From positions 143,718,001 through 143,782,000 of the forward strand of contig NC_058368.1 in assembly GCF_018350175.1 (NCBI RefSeq): a DNA stretch of 64,000 nt, in the 5' to 3' direction. Source of the stretch: Felis catus. Its lineage: Eukaryota. Shown here piece by piece: positions 56,701 to 64,000 of this stretch (position 1 is the stretch's first letter; each line of letters starts with the position of its first letter). Under the pieces are notes generated by a model that saw only the letters and a program-made list of their open reading frames with translations, did no database searches and was not told where the DNA came from. Made by a program: the position numbers and the translations under genes.

Positions 56701-56929
56701 AATGTGGAAAAGTGGAGAAAGTTGTGAGAATCAGGAAACACTTGAAAAAGGCTAGCCAGATGCCTGCAACAAACTATAGCAATGGCCTAGCTGGTGTGGT
56801 GCCCTCTCCCCCAAATTGAAACCTGGGAGTTTTTAATATTTATATTCAACTCCAGTGCAGAAACTCAAATTTCTATGAGAGTTCCATCCATGTTAGCAAG
56901 GTCTTCATTTGAATCTTATTAATGGCCTT

Positions 56930-57430
56930 TCCCCCCCTTGCTCTCCCTTTCTCTCAAAAATAAACAAACATAGGGGCACCTCGGTGGCTCAAATGAGCAT
57001 CCAACTCTTGATTTCGGCTCAGGTCATGATCTCACAGTTTGTGGGTTTAAGCCCCACATCAGGCTCCATACTGACAGTTCAGAGTCTGCTTGGGATTCTC
57101 TCTCTCTCCTTCACTCTGCTCCTCCCCAGTCACATTCTCTCTTTCTTTTCTTTTTTTTTAATGTTTATTTATTATTGAGAGACAGAGCACAACAGAGCAT
57201 GAGCATGGGAAGGGCAGAGAGAGGAGGAGACACAGAATCCGAAGCAGGCTCCAGACTCCGAGCTGTCAGCACACAGCCTGCCGCGGGGCTTGAACCCACC
57301 AACTGAGAGACCATGACCTGAGCCGAAGTCGGACACCCGACTGAGCCACCCAGGCACCCCATCTCTCTCTAAATAAATAAATAAACTTAAAAAAAATAAG
57401 TAAAATAAATAAAAATTTTTTAAAAACATA
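56930..57430. mobile_element. Nested Can-SINE cluster (+ copy from 56973 interrupted by - copy at about 57141-57360)
   Basis: Host CT tract and tail resume after the inserted antisense SINE. Confidence 0.88.
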
Positions 57431-58234
57431 GAATTGCGTTATAGAAATAAATAAACATAAAAGAAGAATAATCTTATTAATACCTCTAAGAGTGTGAGCA
57501 GCCCTCACTCACTCACGATTTCATTCTATTGTCTGTCTTCCTCCTGACTGTTCACTGAGATCAAGGGTTCTGAGGAAATGGGAGGAGTGACGGAAAAATG
57601 AGAATGTCACTGTGGGGAAAGACCATTCCAGGGTAGACACCCACAAGTTGAGGGAAGAGTTTGGAGGGCAGGAGGAGGGCCCTGGGCCATGAGAAGAAGC
57701 CCCAGGGGCATGGGAGGAGGGGCTGAGAGGGAAGTAGAGCACCCCCAAAAAAGGAAGCTCTTGCTTCTCTCTTCCCAGGTTATTATTCCCATATCTCAGA
57801 ATTATCATGGGAGGTTATCCTTAGCTTAATTTTAATTCTGGGCTATAGAGTCAAAGAAAATGAGAAAGATGCAACATCTAGTCACCCATTATTGAAGTAT
57901 CTGTAAAGCATTTTTTTAATGACCCAGACTAGGAAGATAACTCAGAGTATATTCAAGGGACAGAAAAGAATCTGGTCTAAAAAAAACTTGAGAACTAAGT
58001 CATTTATATGAACCTACAAAAGTGGGATATGAGGTGCCCTTGTTTGAGGGCACACAGTCCACTGAGAAGTTTACTCTAAATTTCTTGAGACAGTATAGTT
58101 TCCTTAATCGGTAAGGATTTTTAATTCCTAAAAACACTTAGAATTAAGTATAGAGATACTAAACCTACTGTCCTAATATTTTTGTGTAGTGTTTAGGAAT
58201 TATTTTTGAATATGTGGTATTTAAAGTACTTGAA

Positions 58235-58657
58235 GGGTGCCTGGCTGGCTCAGTCAGAAGACCACATGACTCTTGATCTCAAGGTGAGTTTAAGCCCCAC
58301 GAGTGTAGAGATTAGTTAAATAAACTTTAAAAAATAAAATACAAATAAATTACTTGAAATATTTTAAATAATTTGGCATATTAGAGAATCTAATAAATTG
58401 AACTTGTGATTCAATTAAAAATATATCATTCTGGGGCATCTTAATGGCTCAGTCGGTTAAGCATCCAACTCTTGGTTTCAGCTCAGGTCATGATCTGCCA
58501 GTTTGTAGGTTCAAGCCCATGTCGAGCTCCACTTGTAGGGTCCCACACTGAAAGCACTGAGCCTGCTTAGGATTCTCTCTCTCTCTGCCACTCCCCCACT
58601 TTTGCACTTGCGCATATGCACATGTGCTATCTATTAAAATAAAGATACTTAAAAAAA
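58235..58657 (+). mobile_element. Two Can-SINEs (58235-58350 short type; 58433-58657)
   Basis: tRNA-like heads and A-rich tails; first has TSD AAA(G/T)TACTTGAA. Confidence 0.85.
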
Positions 58658-59062
58658 CACACATTTGAAGCTTCCTCATTTAGGCATGTTTTTAAGTTCC
58701 CACTCACAACTAGGGTTTCCATGCTTAGAAACGCATTTTCTGAAATTCAAAAGTCTTTTTTCCTCACTTATTTGTTCATTTGAAAGCAAAATTGAGTTTC
58801 CTATGTTCTCTGTACTCTACTAGGCACCTGGGATGCAAAGATACCAGACTCCTCTTCCCTAAAGAGCCAAGAACTCCAGAGTCCTAATAATTTACTAGCC
58901 TCTAATGTAGTCGCTCCCAAACCTTTGGCTTTCTTTTGAAATTTCAAAATAAATTTCAGCGGATGATAAAGGATTGCTGATTTCTTACTTTGCCCAGTTA
59001 ATTCTCTTGACAAAAACAAACACCTGCTAAGTCTCACTGTTATTTTAGAAAAAGAGCATTTT

Positions 59063-59345
59063 GGGGAACTGGGTGCCCCACCTCTTGATTTTGGCTCAGG
59101 TTACGATCCCTGAGCCATGAGACTGAGCCCCACATTGGGCTTCATGCTGAGTGTGGAGCCTGATTAAGATTCTCTCTGTCCCTCTCCCTGGCTCTCACTC
59201 TCTAAAATAAAGGAATGGGATGGGATGGGATACAATGCAATGAGATGCAATGGGATGGAATCGAATGGACCACAATGCAACACAATGCAACATAAATAAA
59301 ATATAATAAAATAAAATATAAAATATAAAATAAAATAAAATAAAA
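59063..59345 (+). mobile_element. Can-SINE with pentanucleotide-expanded tail
   Basis: SINE body, then GGAAT/GGGAT/GCAAT/AAAAT units. Confidence 0.85.
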
Positions 59346-59420
59346 TGGTAAAGGTAAAGCATATTCCCAGTCTCAGAAAGGTCGTTCTCATTAAAATTGC
59401 AGATAAAAATCAGTTGGGGA

Positions 59421-60110
59421 GGGGTGCCTGGGTGGCTCAGTCAGTTAAGCGTTTGACTTTGGCTCAGGTCATGATCTCACAGTTTCATGAGTTCGAGCCT
59501 TGTTTCAGGTGAGCTCAAGCCCCACTTCGGGTGAACCCTGCTTCTCTCTCTCTCTCTGCCCCTCATGGGATATTCTCTCCCTCTCTCTCTCTGCCCCTTG
59601 CTCACTTGTGCCCTCTCTGTCTCTCTCTAAAAAAAAAAAATCACCTGGGGAAACTTAAAAAATAAATCTATGCCCTGCCCCCAACCAATTAAATTAGAAT
59701 ATCTGTGGATTTGACCACAGCATCCATTATTTTTTTAACGTTTATTTATTTTTGAGACAGAGAGAGACAGAGCATGAACAGGGGAGGGGCAGAGAGAGAG
59801 GGAGACACAATCTGAAACAGGCTCCAGGCTCTGAGCTGTCAGCACAGAGCCCGATGCAGGGCTCGAACTCACGGACTGTGAGATCATGACTTGAGCTGAA
59901 GTCGGACGCTTAACCGACCAAGCCACCCAGGCGCCCCTACATCCATTATTTTTAAAAAAGCTTTCAGGGTTGGGGCACTTGGGTGGCTCAGTCGGTTAAA
60001 TATCCAACTCTTGATCTAGGCTCAGGTCATGGTCTTGTGGGTGCCTGGAACAGAGCACTGTGTGGGGCTCCATGCCAGCAGTGCAGAGATTCTCTCTCCT
60101 TCTCTCTCTG
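59421..60110. mobile_element. Three Can-SINEs (+ 59421-59640, - 59730-59937, + 59972-60110) within a MER5-like remnant
   Basis: TSDs AAAAATCA..TGGGGA and CATCCATTATTTTT. Confidence 0.88.
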
Positions 60111-60601
60111 TATTACATATTATACATACATATGTATATACATATATATATATGTACATATAGTACATATATATACATATATACATATACATATGCATAT
60201 ATATATGTATATATGTATATATACATATATATATGCTTAGGATTCTCCTTCTCTCTCTGTATTACATATTATACATACATATGTATATACATATATATAT
60301 GTATATATATATGTATATACATATGTACATATATATACATATACATATATATACATATGTACATATGTACATATATATACATATATATACATATGTACAT
60401 ATATATACATATGTACATATATATACATATGTACATATAGTACATATATATACACATATACATATACATAGGCATATATATGTATATATACATATATATA
60501 CATATTTACATATAGTACATATATACACATATATACATATACATATGCATATATATGTATATATATACATATATATACATATATATACATATGTACATAT
60601 A
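60110..60601. repeat. Long (TA)n/(TACA)n/(TATG)n low-complexity array
   Basis: Direct reading; source of the Tyr/Ile-rich spurious ORFs. Confidence 0.95.
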
Positions 60602-60818
60602 GTTGTGTATTTGACTTTAGACTTCTGATTTTAAGTTAAAAGGTATGGAAGAATTTGGTTGACTATATAAATAAGAGTGAGGTGATTAAGATAAATTAAA
60701 TCCACAATATTTATAAGTTTGTTATATTTACAAGAGTTACTTGAGTACCTAGGTAGTTTTTGCCAGACAAATGATACAAAAATTAATTTTATAAATGAAA
60801 TATAAACATATTAAGTTT

Positions 60819-60990
60819 GGGGGAATCTAGGTGGCTCAGTCAGTTAAGCATCTGACTCAATTTCAGCTCAGGTCATGATTTCATTGTTCGTGGGATCAAG
60901 TCTCACATCGAGCTCTGTAGTGACAGCACAAAGCCTGCTTGGGAGTCTCTCTCTCTCTCTCTCTCTCTCTAAGTAAATAAACATTTAAAA
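60819..60990 (+). mobile_element. Can-SINE
   Basis: Head, (CT)n, tail; TSD ATAAACATATT. Confidence 0.88.
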
Positions 60991-61308
60991 ATAAACATAT
61001 TTTTTATAGTATATTATACATTAATATAGTATTTTAGATGCTATAAATTAATATATTCAACTTATAAATGCAATTTAAAATTTAAGTTTGCAAATGAGAC
61101 TAAACATTAATCAAAAGCTTAAAAGTGATGATAAATTTTTCTAGAGTACATTTATAAGTACATTTATAGTGCATTTATAATACATTTATAAGTACATTTG
61201 TATATTTATGGAGTATAGAAGAGTAAGAAAATTTTTAAGTTGAACTTAGAAACTTAAGGTTTTGCAATTTGTATCTTTAATTAATCAAATACTAATTTTA
61301 AAAACCTC

Positions 61309-61525
61309 AGGCACCTGGCTGGCTCATTGGATTGAGCATCTGACTCTTGACTTTGGCTCAGGTCATGACCTCTCAGTTTGTGAGAGGGAGCCCCATGGTC
61401 ACAGCGCATGGTGACAGTAGGATCTGACAGCGCAGAACCTACTTGGGATTCTCTCTCTCCCTCTCTGTCCTTCCCCCTCCCTCTCTCTCTCTTTCAAAAT
61501 AAGTAAATAAATTTTTTAAAAAAAC
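61309..61525 (+). mobile_element. Can-SINE
   Basis: Head, CT tract, A-rich tail. Confidence 0.85.
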
Positions 61526-63653
61526 ATAAAAGCCATTAATAGCTTTCTATGTACAAAAACTGCCCTCATAAGCAAAAAATAAAACCAACAAAATACAGTC
61601 CAGTGCTAGTCCGGGGAAATACATCCTCAACTCCAAATAAGGAGTGACAGTTGTTCTAGAGCACAGCGCATTTCTACAATGGGGACCATCACCGCACAGA
61701 GGGGAAAAGAGCCTTGGTACCGCTCCCTATGGCTCCCCAGGCATCACCAGGCAGCTGCTACAGCATCTCAATGGCCTGGGTGATGTTGCTCTCAGCAATC
61801 AAACCCTCATTTGTTGGCCATTTGGTCCAAAGAACATTTCATGCTGGACTCAGGGCCTCAGGTAGGGATGTGGCAAGAAGCACCCCTCTTTTGTCGTCCT
61901 CCTGCCACCGCCCCCCCCCCCATGTTAAACCTTAAAAAGAAGTGTAAATGCACCTACTTACCTGGAGGGTTGGGGGTGGATGAGACCTGCAGAATTAAAG
62001 CTTCCTTCTCTGGCTAGATGCCCCAGAAGTAACAGTGGCCTCTTCCTGAGCCTGTTGTAAAACAATGACAATTATTTTCCTCATATCACCTGCCTCCTCA
62101 GCCATGTAGTAGGCATGAATCAGCCCTTGAACTCAGGTTTGTGAGAAAAACCACTTTAATTCCCAAATTCCAACTTGTTTTCATTTTGAAAACTCATTCT
62201 CCCTGACTCCAGACAAGTACTACTTGAGTCTTGCTTGGGGTTTCCACTCTTCTCTCAGAATCACCCTAGGATGCCTTCTCAGTACCAAAGTGTTAGGGAC
62301 TGGGGAGTGGCTGTCCACACAGATTCCTCCTAACATGACCATGGTCAGCACTCACCACCACCCCCATTCTCAGAAGCCATAAAACCACAAAAGGGCCCCC
62401 AAATCTGAATGAACCCCTGGAGCCATTTCTTTACTGGCCCTCACCTGGAGGGCTGCAGGAAGCCCCTCTTCTCCCTCTCTCTCTAGCATGGGACAATCTT
62501 TCCCTAATCTGAGAAGGAAAGCCTTATGTCCGCCCGCCCTCTTTGCTTTTGGCAAAGAAATTCTGTCTGTTCCCAGTCTTCCTTTACTTATGGCCCCTAA
62601 GTTCCCCTAAAGGCTTAGCTTGCAGGCCGGCTCTGACTCACACATGCCACATCCCCTCTGAGGTAATAAGCTCAGAGTCCACCCTCTGAATGGAGAATTG
62701 GGGAATAGGGAAGTATCAAAGGGAGATGGGCTCAATGTCTTCTGGTGCTACCCCACCACATTCTGAATGAGCCCAAATGATGATGACCTAAGGTGTAGTA
62801 TAGGATCCTCTTTGGGTTTCTGGAGCCTACAAAAAAAAAAAAAAGCCACCAGGAATATTGTTTGGAAAAGGCATACTTACAGAATGAAATTGCAGGTGCT
62901 CAAGAGGCAGAAGGGTGTGGTGGCAGAGGAAGAAGAGAAAGGGATTCCCCAAGGCTGGGGGAGCAGGGGCATGGTGGAGTCTGGAGTGGACTTGTCTGCT
63001 CCACTCCTAAATGGTTTGAGAAATGGAGAGGAGCCTCTGATGGGAGTACCTGGTCATGACTGTGGATGGACACTTAGCCTGCACCCTGGAGCAGAGTTGA
63101 GGGCTCTAGATGGCCAAGCTTACAGCAGCAGGCAGGGTGATCTTGAGGAGCACCAATGCAGCCCTCCTAGAGGAAGCACCACCTCCTCCCCCCAATACGC
63201 CCAGAGAACCTGTAGAATGGGGCTGAGGAAGGAACCCCAGGAAGGACTGACATTGCAGGCTGGCTAGGTGAGAGGTCAGGGGGACAGAGTGAGAGCAGGG
63301 AGCAGGGCTCTGCTCAGCTCTAACAGAGGGGAGCTGACCAAAGAAAAGTTGAAGAGCAGAGGGCACAAGGACCTACGCTCAGGGAAAAGAAGGGGGCCAT
63401 ACGGAGAGCCAGACAACCTCCAGGCCCCACACTCCCAACTCCAGAAGGTGTTTCTGGCGACACTCTCCATCCAACCTCCAGTCACCAGAGGCAGAAACAG
63501 GCAGCCTTGGACCCACATGCAGAAATGGGGAGCCCGCCAAGCATATTCACTATTCTAAAACTCCACATGTGTTGTTTCTATAAGAAGAAATGGAATAAAC
63601 ATTAAGAAAGTACCAAAGAAACCAATGAGCCGTTAAAACTGATTCAGCAGCAT

Positions 63654-63862
63654 GGGGCGCCTGGGTGGCTCAGCTGGCTAAGCGTCTGACTTCATTCAGC
63701 TCAGGTTATGATCTCACGGCTTGTGGGTTTGAGCCCTGCATCCATCTCTGTGCTGACAGCGTGGAGGAGTGTGCTTCAGATTCTGTGTCTCCCTCTGTCT
63801 CTGCCCCTCCCCTGCTTGTGCTCTCTCTCTCTCTCAAAAAAATAAACATTGTTTTAAATAAA
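63654..63862 (+). mobile_element. Can-SINE
   Basis: GGGGCGCCTGGGTGGCTCAG head, CT tract, tail; TSD GATTCAGCAG. Confidence 0.92.
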
Positions 63863-64000
63863 TAGATAACTAGATTCAGCAGAATATTACCTAAGAGAAG
63901 TATGGGTGATTAAATGACATAAAGGGAAAAAAATAAAATGAAAATCAAACAAACAACTTGACCTTACCTCCCAACTCATATCACCAAGGCTGGACCCCAA

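Noticed and set aside
59983..60628. Cluster of Tyr/Ile/His/Met-rich ORFs on both strands
   Set aside because: Translations of a (TA)n-type microsatellite.
62040..63560. 166-aa ORF and possible LTR or neighbouring-gene exon downstream
   Set aside because: No recognisable protein or convincing splice structure. It may be an old LTR, but I could not assign a family.

Overview
Mammalian genomic DNA from a cat-family (felid) carnivore, judged by many tRNA-derived Can-SINE/SINEC_Fc copies and carnivore L1 3' ends. The window holds one complete protein-coding gene on the + strand, thrombospondin-4 (THBS4). I reconstructed 22 coding exons by hand from ATG 9323 to TAA 52685. All introns are GT-AG and all phases are consistent, giving a 2895-nt CDS and a 964-aa protein: signal peptide, LamG-like N-terminal domain, pentamerising coiled coil with CxxC, four EGF-like repeats, Ca-binding type-3 repeats and a C-terminal L-lectin-like domain. 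The gene has a CpG-island promoter with a TATA-like CATAAAG and a short 3' UTR with AATAAA at 52825. The rest is introns and flanks filled with L1, L2, L3/CR1, MIR, MaLR LTRs, hAT MITEs, about 28 Can-SINEs and microsatellites. I found no evidence of a new gene system. The best second-look items are structural: an internally inverted L1 with templated junctions, SINEs carrying read-through tags, inverted repeats flanking exons 2-3, possible intronic polyadenylation sites, and a satellite-like pentamer array growing from a SINE tail. Repeat family names and comparisons to human proteins are from memory, and repeat boundaries are approximate.
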